Assembly (NCBI GenBank): GCA_021815305.1 | Contig: JAKAHC010000010.1 | Span: 7,997 to 71,996, forward strand | Direction of reading: 5' to 3' | Length of the DNA stretch: 64,000 nt | Source: Deltaproteobacteria bacterium | GTDB taxonomy: Bacteria; Desulfobacterota; Deferrimicrobia; Deferrimicrobiales; Deferrimicrobiaceae | Shown here: positions 46,910-57,288 of the stretch, one piece after another | Layout of the letters: each line of letters starts with the position of its first letter | Numbering within the stretch: the first letter of the stretch is position 1 | Notes under the pieces: generated by a model | The model's input: only the letters and a program-made list of their open reading frames with translations | Databases searched by the model: none | What the model was told of the DNA's origin: nothing | Made by a program: the position numbers and the translations under genes

Positions 46910-49047
46910 TATCCTGGCCCGCTTCCCGGTGGGTTGTCGCAATGGCCCTCCTGCTCGCCGGTTGCGGCGCCACGAACGCCTTCGCGCAAAGCGGCCCTGC
47001 TAACGCGGAAGGAATCGCGCACCGGGATGCGGTACCTTCCGCGTCGTTCCTCGCCTCTTTCGCGGGCCGCGCCGTCCGATCCCTGTCGCCGCGGACTTCC
47101 GCACCGGTTTCGCCGAGAGTCGTGCCGCTTCTCCGGGGCCCCGCACCCGTGGAGATCCCATCCGTGTTTCCGCAGTTTCCCACGGACGGTTTCGGCCCCA
47201 TTCCCGGCGCATTGCAGGTTTCCCCCTTGCCGCCGGAGCCCCTGGCCCCGACCCCCCGCGCGCCTTCGCTTCTCTCCTCGTTCATCGGGCTGGTGGACGA
47301 CCTGACGGTCGTCCCGCCGGACACGATGGGGGCGGCCGGCCCCAGCCACCTGGTGAGTTTCCTGAACTCGGAGGTCGGCTTTTTCACCAAGACGGGGACG
47401 CTTCTCAACCCAGGGGTTTCCCTTCGCGACTTCTGGCTTCCGCTGATCTCCGCCGGCAACCTTCCCGACAACTCGGTATCGCCGACCGTCTTCGATCCGA
47501 AGGTCCTCTACGACGCGGGGAGCGGCCGGTTCCTCGCGGTCACCCTCGACGGGAGCCTCCCGACGGACAACTCCTGGATCCTGATCGCCGTGTCGCGGTC
47601 CTCCGATCCCACTGCGGGTTGGAATACCTGGGCGATCGCCGCGGATCCCACGGGCGCCACCTGGGCGGATTATCCGGGACTGGGGGTCGACGACAACAAC
47701 GTCTACATCACGGCGAACCTGTTCGGCGCGGACAACGTGTTCCGGCAGGGAAAGATGTTGCGCATCCCGAAGGCGCAGTTGCTCCCCTCGCCGCAGGCGA
47801 CGACGCTTGCGTGGACGGAGTTCACGATCTCGCGTTTCAACCTCCAGCCCGCTTACACGTTCGGAAGCGCATCGCCGGAATATCTCGTCACGGAATCGAA
47901 CACCGTCATCGGCGGCAGCAGGTCCCTCGACGTGTACACGATCGGAGGGACACCGGCCGCGCTGGTACTCCTGGGTTCCGTCAACGTGGCACCGTACCCC
48001 GTCGTACAGTCCCTGCCGGTCGCGCCGCAGACCCGGATCGACACCGGCGATACCCGGATCCTCAACGCGGTCTTCCGGAACGGACACCTGTACGCCACGC
48101 ACACGGTGTCGGACAGCGCCAACACCCGGACCGAGGCGGCATGGTATGAAATCGTTCCCTCGTCCCCTCCCTCCCTGGTGCAGCAGGGAAGGGTATCCGA
48201 CCCGGCGCGGTTCTACTACTACCCCTCGATCGCGGTGAACGCGAACGGCGACATCGCGATCGGTTTCAGCGGGTCCTCCGCCACCGAATTCCCCGGCGGC
48301 TACTACACCGCGCGGTTTGCCTCCGATGCGGCGGGTTTCACCCAACCGGTGGGAGTGCTGAAAAGCGGTGAGGATGCGTACTCGAAACCCCTCCGCGGCA
48401 CCGACAGCCGGTGGGGGGACTTCAGCGCAACGGTGGTGGACCCGTCGGACGACCTCACCTTCTGGTCGATCCAGGAGTACGCCCGGGTCTCCTCTTCCAC
48501 GCCGGATCCGTCCAACCCTGGGCGATGGGGCACGTGGTGGGGGTCGTTCCGCCTCTCCGGCGTCGCCGCACCCGCAAACCTCGTCGCCACGGCGACGGGG
48601 CCTTTCGAAGTGCGGCTTACCTGGGTCCCCCAGTCGACGAACGAGACCGGGTTCCGGGTCGAGAGAAAGACCGGCGCCTCCGGCACGTACGAGGTGATCA
48701 CTTCCCCCCCGCTGCCGCCGGGCACTGCCTCGTACACCGACAATTCGGTGCTCTCCGGAACCACGTATTTCTACCGCGTGCAGTCGTTCAACGCGACCGG
48801 CAACGCTTACTCCGCCGAGGTTTCCGTAACGACCCCTTCTCCCTCTTCCGGAGGGGGCGGAGGATGCAACGCGGCCCCTCCGGACCGCTTTTCCGCCAAG
48901 GCAGGGGACATCGCATCCGCCCTCCTGTTGCCTGCGCTTCTGCTGCTTTTCGCCTCAAGCCGGCGTCACCTCCGATCCGCGAGGAAACCTTACTCCCCGG
49001 CATCCCGCTTGCTAGTCCGAAGGGAAATATCAGGAGGGAAGCCATGA
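46906..49047 (+). CDS. Secreted protein with an FN3 domain and a C-terminal GGGGC/TM/basic sorting tail
   Basis: Signal peptide, [14 protein letters not shown] motif, FN3 ([31 protein letters not shown]), tail SSGGGGGCN...[16 protein letters not shown]. Confidence 0.85.
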   Translation: MISWPASRWVVAMALLLAGCGATNAFAQSGPANAEGIAHRDAVPSASFLASFAGRAVRSLSPRTSAPVSPRVVPLLRGPAPVEIPSVFPQFPTDGFGPIPGALQVSPLPPEPLAPTPRAPSLLSSFIGLVDDLTVVPPDTMGAAGPSHLVSFLNSEVGFFTKTGTLLNPGVSLRDFWLPLISAGNLPDNSVSPTVFDPKVLYDAGSGRFLAVTLDGSLPTDNSWILIAVSRSSDPTAGWNTWAIAADPTGATWADYPGLGVDDNNVYITANLFGADNVFRQGKMLRIPKAQLLPSPQATTLAWTEFTISRFNLQPAYTFGSASPEYLVTESNTVIGGSRSLDVYTIGGTPAALVLLGSVNVAPYPVVQSLPVAPQTRIDTGDTRILNAVFRNGHLYATHTVSDSANTRTEAAWYEIVPSSPPSLVQQGRVSDPARFYYYPSIAVNANGDIAIGFSGSSATEFPGGYYTARFASDAAGFTQPVGVLKSGEDAYSKPLRGTDSRWGDFSATVVDPSDDLTFWSIQEYARVSSSTPDPSNPGRWGTWWGSFRLSGVAAPANLVATATGPFEVRLTWVPQSTNETGFRVERKTGASGTYEVITSPPLPPGTASYTDNSVLSGTTYFYRVQSFNATGNAYSAEVSVTTPSPSSGGGGGCNAAPPDRFSAKAGDIASALLLPALLLLFASSRRHLRSARKPYSPASRLLVRREISGGKP

Positions 49048-50429
49048 TCCAGGCCGATCCGGGGGCGAGGTTATCGGTATCCATATCGAACGGCATGAGC
49101 GTGGAAGTGCGCCTCGGGCTGCGCGAGGTCCGGATCGGGCGGAGCCGGGAAGCCGAGCTTCAACTGCCCGACCCTTCCGTCTCGAGGCTCCACGCCCGAA
49201 TCTTCCGGGTCGGAGCGCAATATTTTCTCGCTGATCTGGGCAGCCGCAACGGCACGCACGCAGGCGGGAAACGGGTGACGCAGCTTCCTCTCGAGGACGG
49301 CCAGACGTTTCACGTGGGTCCCTTCCAGATCCACTTCCACCGCGGCGCCCCCCTGCCTCCCTCCGGGGAAGAACCCACCATATCCCCTTCCGCGGGGGAC
49401 GGCGCGCCGTTCCGCACGTCCCGGCAAGAAGTCACCGGATGCGTTGTCCCGGCGCCATCCTCAAAAACCCGGCTTGCGCCGTACGGCCTCGTCGGAGAGA
49501 GCCACCCCATCCGAGGACTGGTCTCCACGATCCGCCGGGTGGCCGCCTCCGACGTCCCGGTCCTCATCGAGGGAGAAACGGGGTGCGGGAAAGAGCTCGT
49601 GGCGCGGGGGATCCACGACGCATCGGACCGCCGGGACCAGCCTTTCATCGTCGTCAACTGCGGGGCGATCTCCCCCGATCTGATCGAAAGCGAGCTGTTC
49701 GGGCATGAAAAGGGGGCGTTTACGGGGGCGACGGCGCAGCGTAAGGGAGCGTTCGAACTCGCACACAGAGGCACGATTTTCCTTGATGAAATCGGCGAGT
49801 TGCCCTTTCTTCTTCAACCGAAACTTTTACGTGTTCTCGAACAGAAGGAGGTCAAGCGGGTCGGGGGGAACGAGACGCTCACGGCGGACGTGCGGATTCT
49901 GGCCGCCACGAACCGGAACCTGAGGGAGGAGATCGGAAGGAAGGCGTTCCGCGAGGATCTCTACTACCGGGTCGGGGCCGTCACCGTCGAGATCCCTCCC
50001 CTGCGCAGCCGCCGCGAGGACATCGCTCCGATTACCCGCCACTTCCTTCGGGAGATGGCGGCACGGTCGCAGCGCCCCCTTCCGGAACTCACCCCGGAGG
50101 CGCTCGAACTTCTCGTCGCCTACGAGTGGCCGGGAAACGTCCGCGAACTGCGCAACGCCGTCCAGCGCGCCGTGGTGATGACGGACGGCGCGCGCTTTTC
50201 GGCGGACGATTTCTCTTTCCTTGTGAAAGACGCACCCGCCGGCCGGGAGCACGATTTCCCCCCGGGGCTCTCCCGGTGGGAACGGGCGGAGCGTGTGAAC
50301 CTCCTCGCCGAGCTCGCCCGTCAAGGGGGGAACAAGACGAGGACGGCCAAAGAGCTCGGGATCGCCAAGTCCACGCTGTTCGAGAAGCTGAAGAAGTACG
50401 CCATCAGCCCGGCTGATCCAGACCGGTAA
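49044..50429 (+). CDS. FHA-domain sigma54-dependent transcriptional activator (FHA-AAA+-Fis HTH)
   Basis: [18 protein letters not shown] (FHA), [46 protein letters not shown] 49044 with GGAGG RBS. Confidence 0.93.
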   Translation: MIQADPGARLSVSISNGMSVEVRLGLREVRIGRSREAELQLPDPSVSRLHARIFRVGAQYFLADLGSRNGTHAGGKRVTQLPLEDGQTFHVGPFQIHFHRGAPLPPSGEEPTISPSAGDGAPFRTSRQEVTGCVVPAPSSKTRLAPYGLVGESHPIRGLVSTIRRVAASDVPVLIEGETGCGKELVARGIHDASDRRDQPFIVVNCGAISPDLIESELFGHEKGAFTGATAQRKGAFELAHRGTIFLDEIGELPFLLQPKLLRVLEQKEVKRVGGNETLTADVRILAATNRNLREEIGRKAFREDLYYRVGAVTVEIPPLRSRREDIAPITRHFLREMAARSQRPLPELTPEALELLVAYEWPGNVRELRNAVQRAVVMTDGARFSADDFSFLVKDAPAGREHDFPPGLSRWERAERVNLLAELARQGGNKTRTAKELGIAKSTLFEKLKKYAISPADPDR

Positions 50430-50546
50430 TCGAACCCCCCATCCGATCCTCGGACCCTGCGGCACGCGGCCGTTTTCCCCTTTCCGTCTCCCGTCGTGTA
50501 ACTGCAGATTCTTCCGCGCTATTTCACCCGACCCACACAAGCATCC

Positions 50547-50563
50547 GGGGCACATCGCTTGCG
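50547..50563 (+). promoter_or_regulatory. Sigma54 (-24/-12) promoter of the flp/tad operon
   Basis: GGGCAC-ATCGC-TTGC with exact GG-N10-GC spacing, about 40 bp before the pilin ATG. Confidence 0.8.
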
Positions 50564-50600
50564 TTACCTTCTCCCAACGAATCCACAAGGGGGAGGGCCG

Positions 50601-50846
50601 ATGGAAACGAATCTCCGGAAGAACCGGAAGGGCCAAGGGCTGACGGAATACATCATCATCGTCGCTCTTGTCGCCATCGCGGGGATCGGGATCGTCAACA
50701 TCTTCGGTAACCAGCTTCGAAACCAGTTCCACGCCATCGTCAGGGCGATGGCGGGCAGCGAGACCGGAAAGGTGAAATCGCTCGCGGGCGCCGCGGAAAA
50801 GGAAGCCAACCAGAAAAACCTCTCGACCTATGCCGGCTCGAAGTAA
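50601..50846 (+). CDS. flp: Flp family type IVc pilin
   Basis: KG|QGLTEY (E+5, Y+6) followed by a hydrophobic helix; 81 aa; GGAGG RBS. Confidence 0.88.
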   Translation: METNLRKNRKGQGLTEYIIIVALVAIAGIGIVNIFGNQLRNQFHAIVRAMAGSETGKVKSLAGAAEKEANQKNLSTYAGSK

Positions 50847-51303
50847 CGGGGGAGCCGCCATGATCGAGTTCCTTCTTGCGGGAACGTTGCTTCTCCTGTT
50901 CCTTCTCGCGATTCTCCAGATGTCCCTCCTTTGGGCGGGGAAGGGCGCGGTCGACACGGCCGCGCACTTCGCCGCAAGGGCGTTCGCCCGTTCGGCCCGC
51001 GTCGATTTCCGGAAAGCCCGCGAGACCGCGTTCCTCGAGGCGTTCCGGATCTGCCGGAACCGACCGGGGGGGGCTCTGGGAACAGCCGCCATGACCGCTC
51101 TCGACATCACCTACGACGGCGAACGGGGGGCGAACCGCGCCTCTCCCGGAGATGCGCTGTGCGTGCGCCTCACCCACGGCGTGGAACTGGTCGTTCCCTG
51201 GATCGACCGGATCCTGTACGCGCTTTCTCCCGGGGAAAAGATCCGCGTGGGGGACCATTTCTACCTCATGTTGCATGCCACCCGCTGGGTCACGGTGGAG
51301 TGA
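50830..51303 (+). CDS. TadE-like minor pilin
   Basis: GG|AAMIEF prepilin site and TM helix. Confidence 0.75.
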   Translation: MPARSNGGAAMIEFLLAGTLLLLFLLAILQMSLLWAGKGAVDTAAHFAARAFARSARVDFRKARETAFLEAFRICRNRPGGALGTAAMTALDITYDGERGANRASPGDALCVRLTHGVELVVPWIDRILYALSPGEKIRVGDHFYLMLHATRWVTVE

Positions 51304-51305
51304 AC

Positions 51306-52217
51306 ATGATCGGACATTTCGCACGGCAGTTCCGCCATGCCCGGGCGGGCAACCGCGGGCAGGCGACGGCTCTTTTCCTGGTGACCATCGCGACGGCCGT
51401 CGCGGTCGCCTTCTCGGCGATACAGATACACCACATCGCGGTGTGGAAAGTCGCATCGGCCGCCTCCGCCGATGCGGTCGCCCTGTCCGCCGCCACATGG
51501 GAAGCTCGAAGCCTGAACCTGATCGCCGCCTTGAACGACGGGGCGACGCAATGCTTCCGCATCATCCGATACACCTGCATCGTCTGGGCCTCCCTGGCGA
51601 TCGCCGCAGCCTTCGGCGCCGGGCTTCCCGCGTTCCTGTCCTATACCCGCCAGGCCCGCAGGCTGATTTCGGGATATTGGGAGATCGCGGGGCAACTCGT
51701 CTCCTGGAGCGAAAAGATCCGGAAAGCCGCTCCGTACCTCGTGCTCGCGGAAACCGCCGACCTCATGAGGAAGCGCAACCTTGCCGGGATCCTGTCCCCG
51801 ACAGATCCCCGCGGCCCCCACGACGGGAAAAACACGCTGGAGCTCCACCTGACGCCAGGTCCTCCGGTCCATCTCTCGGAGGCAATGACGCCGATCTCCG
51901 GCGCCCTCAACCGGTTGAAGAAGATCCGTTTTCTCAAAGGGGCCATGAAAACCGTCATTTCGGCGCTGGACTCCGCCGTGGCGGGAATCGCCGGAAGCGC
52001 CGGAGGTCCGATCCGGATGCTGGTTCCCGAGGAGGATTTTCAGGTCCGCCAGCGCGTACACTTCACCGGATTCCAGACGGTCCCAGGGTTGCCGATCCCC
52101 TTCCTGGGGAAGGAAGGACCGCCAAAAATCTTCGCCGAGGCGGACGCCGCGCCTTACGGCGGGGGGGCCTCCGAGATGACCTGGAAATCCCGCCTCGTCG
52201 AAAGTAGTTCCAGGTGA
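51306..52217 (+). CDS. TadG-like pilus assembly protein
   Basis: RG|QATALF leader, AADAVALSAATWEARSLNLIA helix, position among the minor pilins. Confidence 0.65.
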   Translation: MIGHFARQFRHARAGNRGQATALFLVTIATAVAVAFSAIQIHHIAVWKVASAASADAVALSAATWEARSLNLIAALNDGATQCFRIIRYTCIVWASLAIAAAFGAGLPAFLSYTRQARRLISGYWEIAGQLVSWSEKIRKAAPYLVLAETADLMRKRNLAGILSPTDPRGPHDGKNTLELHLTPGPPVHLSEAMTPISGALNRLKKIRFLKGAMKTVISALDSAVAGIAGSAGGPIRMLVPEEDFQVRQRVHFTGFQTVPGLPIPFLGKEGPPKIFAEADAAPYGGGASEMTWKSRLVESSSR

Positions 52218-52690
52218 AGGCGCACCACCGCCTTTGCGGCGGACAATCCCTTCTGGAAACCGTTCTCCTCTTCCCGCTCCTCCTCATCCTGCTGGCGGCT
52301 GGATACTGGTGCTATCGACACCTCTCCCTGTCGTCCGCAGCCGAGTCCGCGACGCACACGCATCTCCTCCGTTCGGGCAGAGGACAACCCGGCATCGAAA
52401 CCCCCTTGTCCCGTACGGTCGCCCCCGAAGCCCGTTCCGTCCTCCTCAGCGCCGGCACGGCACCGCTGATCGGTCGGATCCCGCTGTTCGGCAAGGTGTC
52501 CGGGAGGAGCACCGCGATGACGGAGATTTCCTGTCCCGCTGACCCGGTGGGGGGGTTCCTCGATCCGCCGGATCACCTTTTTCGTATCGAGAGGGACGCC
52601 GCCGTCGATTGTTGGGAGAGGGATTCCTCCTCCGGAAGGTCGGTCCGCCGGACCGTTCAGGGGATTCTCCTGTCGGGAGGGCTCCGTTGA
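52214..52690 (+). CDS. TadE-like minor pilin 2
   Basis: GG|QSLLET..FPLLLILL. Confidence 0.7.
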   Translation: MKAHHRLCGGQSLLETVLLFPLLLILLAAGYWCYRHLSLSSAAESATHTHLLRSGRGQPGIETPLSRTVAPEARSVLLSAGTAPLIGRIPLFGKVSGRSTAMTEISCPADPVGGFLDPPDHLFRIERDAAVDCWERDSSSGRSVRRTVQGILLSGGLR

Positions 52691-53250
52691 CGCGGAAAAC
52701 GATTTTGGGAACCGCGATCGGCATGGTCGCGCTCGTTGCGGTGTGCGCCGCCGGCCGGGGAGACATCCGGCGAAAAGCCGGTCGAGGGACAACGCGCGTG
52801 ACGGTCGACGGGGCATCCTTCGATGCGGACGGCGCGATCGCGCGGGGCGCAACGCACCTTCGATTTGGACCGGGGAAAGCCGGCATCGATCTTCCGGGAG
52901 AACTCTTGCGCCAGGACGATTCCGGAACAGGTCATGCCGTATTCCCGGAACGGCTCGCGGCGGCACCCCCACGGGTTCCCTCTCCGCCGAGGCCGCCTGC
53001 GGGACTGGCCGTGGAACATACGCTTCGCATGGATTCGGAACGGGGCCCGGTAGATCTTGCGACGGGCCGATTCCGGAAAGGGGGACCCGTGCGGTACCGC
53101 CTCCTTGCCTCCGGATGGAAACTTCTGGGGCCGGAGGCTCCCACGGGGAATCCCTCCATCCTTCAATCCACTTGCGGGAAGGAGACGATGATTGTTTGCC
53201 TGGATGAAGCGGAAGGCAAATTCCTTCTTTTCCGCGAATTGGCCCGTTAG
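52687..53250 (+). CDS. Hypothetical exported protein in the tad operon
   Basis: TTG start overlapping the previous stop and an N-terminal hydrophobic segment; no family recognised. Confidence 0.55.
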   Translation: MTRKTILGTAIGMVALVAVCAAGRGDIRRKAGRGTTRVTVDGASFDADGAIARGATHLRFGPGKAGIDLPGELLRQDDSGTGHAVFPERLAAAPPRVPSPPRPPAGLAVEHTLRMDSERGPVDLATGRFRKGGPVRYRLLASGWKLLGPEAPTGNPSILQSTCGKETMIVCLDEAEGKFLLFRELAR

Positions 53251-54016
53251 GGCCAGGCGGCTGCTGCCCCTTGCCGCCGGCGTCATGTTGACCGCCGTCG
53301 CGCTCCTGTCGGCGGGGAGAAGGATCGCCGCGGTGGAGAGGACGATACGGCTGCAGTCGAATCCCGTGGAAATCGTCGTGGCGGCCGTCCCGATCCCGGC
53401 AGGAGCATCCTTCGCAAAAGAAAACCTGGCGAAGAAGTCCATCCCCTCCTCCGGTGTCGGACGGAGGAATGTTCCGGCATCGGAGTTCGAACTCCTTCTC
53501 GACGCCAGGGCGAGGACCGCCATCGAAGCGGGCGAACCGGTATTGTGGACCGATGTGGAAGAACCGTACGATACCGAAACGTTTTCCCACAGGATCCGCC
53601 CCGGGAGAAGGGGTCTTACGCTCGCCGTCGACGGTTCTTCCACCTTTTCGGGATTGATCCATCCCGGAGATCGCGTGGACCTGCTCCTCGACCCCATCGG
53701 TTCCGGCGGCGCCCCTGGAAGATGGATTCCGGACATCCCTGTGCTCGCGGTGGACCGCGACTACGACGGCATCGCACACGCCGCCGCCCCCTCCGATCCG
53801 TCAAACATCACCCTGATGGTCACCCCCAGCGAAGGCGCGCGGATCGCCGGGGCGGCACGTGAAGGGCGACTCCACTGGTTTCTTCGGAATTCCGAAGACA
53901 ACGTCGTTCCCGCCGCCCGTCCCGCAAGGAACGGCGGATCCTCTTTGCGGGTCGAGGTGTGGAAGGGCGGAATCCGGGCCCTGTCCTCATCGGCCGGGAA
54001 GGAGGTCGCGGATTGA
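53192..54016 (+). CDS. cpaB: Flp pilus assembly protein CpaB/RcpC
   Basis: SAF domain (VVAAVPIPAG), IRPGRRGL, GLIHPGDRVDLL, ITLMVTP. Start uncertain. Confidence 0.88.
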   Translation: MFAWMKRKANSFFSANWPVRARRLLPLAAGVMLTAVALLSAGRRIAAVERTIRLQSNPVEIVVAAVPIPAGASFAKENLAKKSIPSSGVGRRNVPASEFELLLDARARTAIEAGEPVLWTDVEEPYDTETFSHRIRPGRRGLTLAVDGSSTFSGLIHPGDRVDLLLDPIGSGGAPGRWIPDIPVLAVDRDYDGIAHAAAPSDPSNITLMVTPSEGARIAGAAREGRLHWFLRNSEDNVVPAARPARNGGSSLRVEVWKGGIRALSSSAGKEVAD

Positions 54017-55209
54017 GGCTCACCCGGGCCTTCCTTGTCGGAACGACAGCCATACTGTGCGCGTCCTGGGGCGAGGGAGCTCTTATGGCGGAAACGATCC
54101 GGGTCCGGCCGGGTTTCCAGCGGATCCTGGAACGGGAAGGCGTATCCCGCCTCTCCATCGGAGATCCGGAGATCGCCGAAGTTCAACCGCTCCCGAAAGG
54201 GGAAGGGATCCTCCTTGTCGGCAAGAAGATCGGAGAAACCGACCTGGTGCTCTGGGAGAAAGGGAAGCGGACGGAGTGGCGCGTCGAGGTGGGATCACGG
54301 AAGCCTCGGCTCGTGGAGGATGCCAGGGAGTTCGCCTCCGCCTTTCCGGGGCTTTCGGTCATTGCGGCCGGGGATTCCGTGATCGTAGGGGGTTCCCTTC
54401 CGACCGCGGGGGACAGGGCGATCTTCGAGGAGTACGCCCGCAGCCACCCCGGCGTTCACCTGCGTCTCGTCCTCCCGGAGGAAAAAAGGACGCTCCTCCT
54501 GTACGACTTGAAGATCCTCGAGATCAACAGGGGAGAAACAGCCCAGCTGGGAATGCGATGGCCGGATACCCTCACGGCCAAGGGAACGGCCGCGGCGGGA
54601 CCGGGAAACGGGAGGGCGATCTCGGTGGGTTCCGATTTCGAGGCCCGCCTGAACCTTCTGATGGCCGGCGGGAAAGCGAGGATCCTCTCCAACCCCCGCC
54701 TGGCATGTGAAAGCGGGGGGGATGCCAACTTCCTTGCCGGCGGGGAAATTCCCATCGTAATCGTGACGCCGGAAACCAGGACGGTGGAGTGGAAGACGTA
54801 CGGGATCGTGCTCCGGATCCATCCCACCATGGACCGGGGGGGCAGAATCCGGACGCAGGTGACCGCGGAGGTCAGCACGGTGGACCACGGCAGCGGCACC
54901 TCGGAAGTACCCGGCTTCCTCACGCGCCGTGTTTCGACGCTGTTCTCCACGTCCCCCGGACAAACCGTCATGTTGTCGGGACTGGTCAAGAACGAAATGG
55001 CGAAAGACGTGGCGAAGGTCCCCCTTCTCGGGCAGATCCCGATCCTGGGGGAGTTGTTCAAGTCGCGAAATTTCCGCGAGAACCTGACGGAGCTGGCGGT
55101 CTTCATCACCCCCAGCGAGGTGACGGAAGGCGCCGCGGAGCAGGCCGGGGATTGGGAGAGGAAATGGCGCATGGAAGAGGACCGGATGCGATTCCGGCTG
55201 ATGGACTGA
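54013..55209 (+). CDS. cpaC: Tad secretin CpaC/RcpA
   Basis: SIGDPEIAEV, LVGKKIGETDL, ILSNPRL..ANFLAGGEIP, KVPLLGQIPILGELFKS. Confidence 0.9.
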   Translation: MRLTRAFLVGTTAILCASWGEGALMAETIRVRPGFQRILEREGVSRLSIGDPEIAEVQPLPKGEGILLVGKKIGETDLVLWEKGKRTEWRVEVGSRKPRLVEDAREFASAFPGLSVIAAGDSVIVGGSLPTAGDRAIFEEYARSHPGVHLRLVLPEEKRTLLLYDLKILEINRGETAQLGMRWPDTLTAKGTAAAGPGNGRAISVGSDFEARLNLLMAGGKARILSNPRLACESGGDANFLAGGEIPIVIVTPETRTVEWKTYGIVLRIHPTMDRGGRIRTQVTAEVSTVDHGSGTSEVPGFLTRRVSTLFSTSPGQTVMLSGLVKNEMAKDVAKVPLLGQIPILGELFKSRNFRENLTELAVFITPSEVTEGAAEQAGDWERKWRMEEDRMRFRLMD

Positions 55210-55222
55210 GGAGGGCTCCAAG

Positions 55223-56446
55223 GTGCACGGCGACATTCGAAGCACGCTCCACCAATCGGTGCTTGAAAAGCTGGACATCCGGAAATCGGGGCTGCCCCTC
55301 GCAGACGGGATCGGAATTTGGAGAAAACGGGCGGAGGATCATCTCCTGGCGGAGATGCGGAGCCTGCGGATGGACGACGATACCACGGGCGACCTGTCCC
55401 GGGAGATCCTGGACGAGATATTCGCCTATGGTCCGATCACGCCGCTTTTCTCCGACCCCTCCGTGTCGGAGATCATGGTCAACGGATTCGAGACGATCTA
55501 CGTGGAGCGCGAGGGGAAAGTGACCCCCTACGGACGGCAGTTCCTCTCCGAGGAGTCGTTGCGCGCGGTCATCGACAGGATCATCTCCCGCGTCAACCGA
55601 CGGTTGGACGAATCTTCCCCATTCGTGGATGCAAGGCTTCCCGACGGTTCCCGTGTCAACGCCACGATCCCCCCGGTCAGTCTCTCGGGCCCTTGCCTTA
55701 CGATCCGGAAGTTCCGCCGGGAACCGTTTTCCACGGAAGAATTGGTGCGCATCGGAACGCTGACCGCGGAAGCGGTCCGATACCTGCGCGATGCCGTCCT
55801 CCACCGACGGAACCTCATCATTTCCGGAGGGACGGGGTCGGGGAAAACCACCCTCCTCAATGCCCTCTCCCGGTTCATCCCGGAAGAGGAAAGGATCATC
55901 ACCATCGAGGACGCCGCGGAGATCCGCCTCGGGAAACCTCACGTGGTTCGACTGGAGGCCCGACCCCCGAACATCGAGGGCAGCGGCGCCGTCACCATCC
56001 GCGACCTCGTCCGGAACTCCCTCCGGATGCGGCCCGACCGCATCATCGTGGGGGAGTGCCGCGGAGGAGAAGCTCTCGACATGCTCCAGGCGATGAATAC
56101 CGGGCATGACGGGTCCATCACCACGGGCCATGCCAATACGGCGAGAGACATGCTCCGGCGCCTTGAAACCATGGTCCTGTATTCCGGTGTGGAGATCCCC
56201 GCACGGGCGATACGCGAACAGATCGCATCGGCCATCGATATCATCGTCCACACCTCCCGGATCGGCGGCGGGGGAAGAGCGGTCACCTCGATCACGGAGC
56301 TGTCGGGGATGAACGATTCGCAGATCCTGCTGCAGGAAATCTACCGGTGGGAGGGCGGCGGCCACGGGAACCCCGGAGGAGGCAGACTGGTTCCCACGGG
56401 CGTCCCTTCCCGGTTCCTCCCGGACGAGGGAAGACCATGGGAATGA
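55223..56446 (+). CDS. cpaF: Tad pilus ATPase CpaF/TadA
   Basis: EIMVNG, SGGTGSGKTT, NSLRMRPDRIIVGECRG, AMNTGHDGS. Confidence 0.95.
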   Translation: MHGDIRSTLHQSVLEKLDIRKSGLPLADGIGIWRKRAEDHLLAEMRSLRMDDDTTGDLSREILDEIFAYGPITPLFSDPSVSEIMVNGFETIYVEREGKVTPYGRQFLSEESLRAVIDRIISRVNRRLDESSPFVDARLPDGSRVNATIPPVSLSGPCLTIRKFRREPFSTEELVRIGTLTAEAVRYLRDAVLHRRNLIISGGTGSGKTTLLNALSRFIPEEERIITIEDAAEIRLGKPHVVRLEARPPNIEGSGAVTIRDLVRNSLRMRPDRIIVGECRGGEALDMLQAMNTGHDGSITTGHANTARDMLRRLETMVLYSGVEIPARAIREQIASAIDIIVHTSRIGGGGRAVTSITELSGMNDSQILLQEIYRWEGGGHGNPGGGRLVPTGVPSRFLPDEGRPWE

Positions 56447-57288
56447 CCGTCCCGGAATCCGCGTCCTTTCTCCTCGGAGCCGCGCTGATCGTCCGGTTCC
56501 TCCTCGGGTCGGCGATACCGGAAGCGCGTCGGTACATTTTGGATACGGCGAATCGCCATTCCGAAAACCTCCGTGAGGAGTTCCTGCGTCTTCCCCCGCT
56601 CCGCATCGTGGGTGCCCTCGTTCTGTCCTGCCTTCTTTGCGGAGCGATCGTTTTGTGGATGACGAAGTCCGGGGGGGTTGCGACCGCGGCGGGAATCCTT
56701 CCGCTGTCCCTGTCGAGTCTGGCCGTCCGCGGTTACCGCTCGCGCCGCAGAAAGGCGATCCTCGAACGTCTCCCCGCCCTCCTGGACCTCCTGGCCGGCC
56801 ATGTGAAGGCAGGGTACAGCCTCCCGGAATCCTTCGCGGAAACCGTCCCCCTCCTTCCCTGTCCGATCCGCGAGGAGATGTCCTGGGTGCTTCAGCAGAA
56901 CCGGCTCGGCGCCCCGCTCACCGAAGCGTTATCCCGCTGGGAGAAACGGATCGCCGCCGATGAAGTGTCGCTGTTCGTGCGCCCCCTGCGCGCCGCCCTC
57001 CCCGGAGGCGGCAACGTGGCGGCTCTCCTGGAGCAGATTCGCGACATCCTCCGGCAACGGGCCCGGGGGGAGGAAAAACTCCGCAGCATGACCGCTCAGG
57101 CCCGGCTGCAAGGAATCGTATTGACTCTTCTCCCTCCCGTATTCGCCCTGATCCTGTCCAGGATCGATCCCGGTTTCCTCCCCGCGCTCATAGGCACCCC
57201 GCACGGAAAAACCGTCGTCTTCGCGGCGGCTCTGCTGCTGGCCCTCGGTTGGCTCACCATCCGCAAAATCCTTTCCGTGCGTCCATGA
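56443..57288 (+). CDS. tadB: TadB platform protein
   Basis: LPALLDLLAGHVKAGYSL, GGNVA..LE, TAQARLQG. Confidence 0.85.
   Translation: MTVPESASFLLGAALIVRFLLGSAIPEARRYILDTANRHSENLREEFLRLPPLRIVGALVLSCLLCGAIVLWMTKSGGVATAAGILPLSLSSLAVRGYRSRRRKAILERLPALLDLLAGHVKAGYSLPESFAETVPLLPCPIREEMSWVLQQNRLGAPLTEALSRWEKRIAADEVSLFVRPLRAALPGGGNVAALLEQIRDILRQRARGEEKLRSMTAQARLQGIVLTLLPPVFALILSRIDPGFLPALIGTPHGKTVVFAAALLLALGWLTIRKILSVRP

Noticed and set aside
48411-50429. Apparent 672-aa sigma54 activator
   Set aside because: The N-terminal part overlaps the FN3 protein off-frame; ATG 49044 has a strong RBS and begins the FHA domain.
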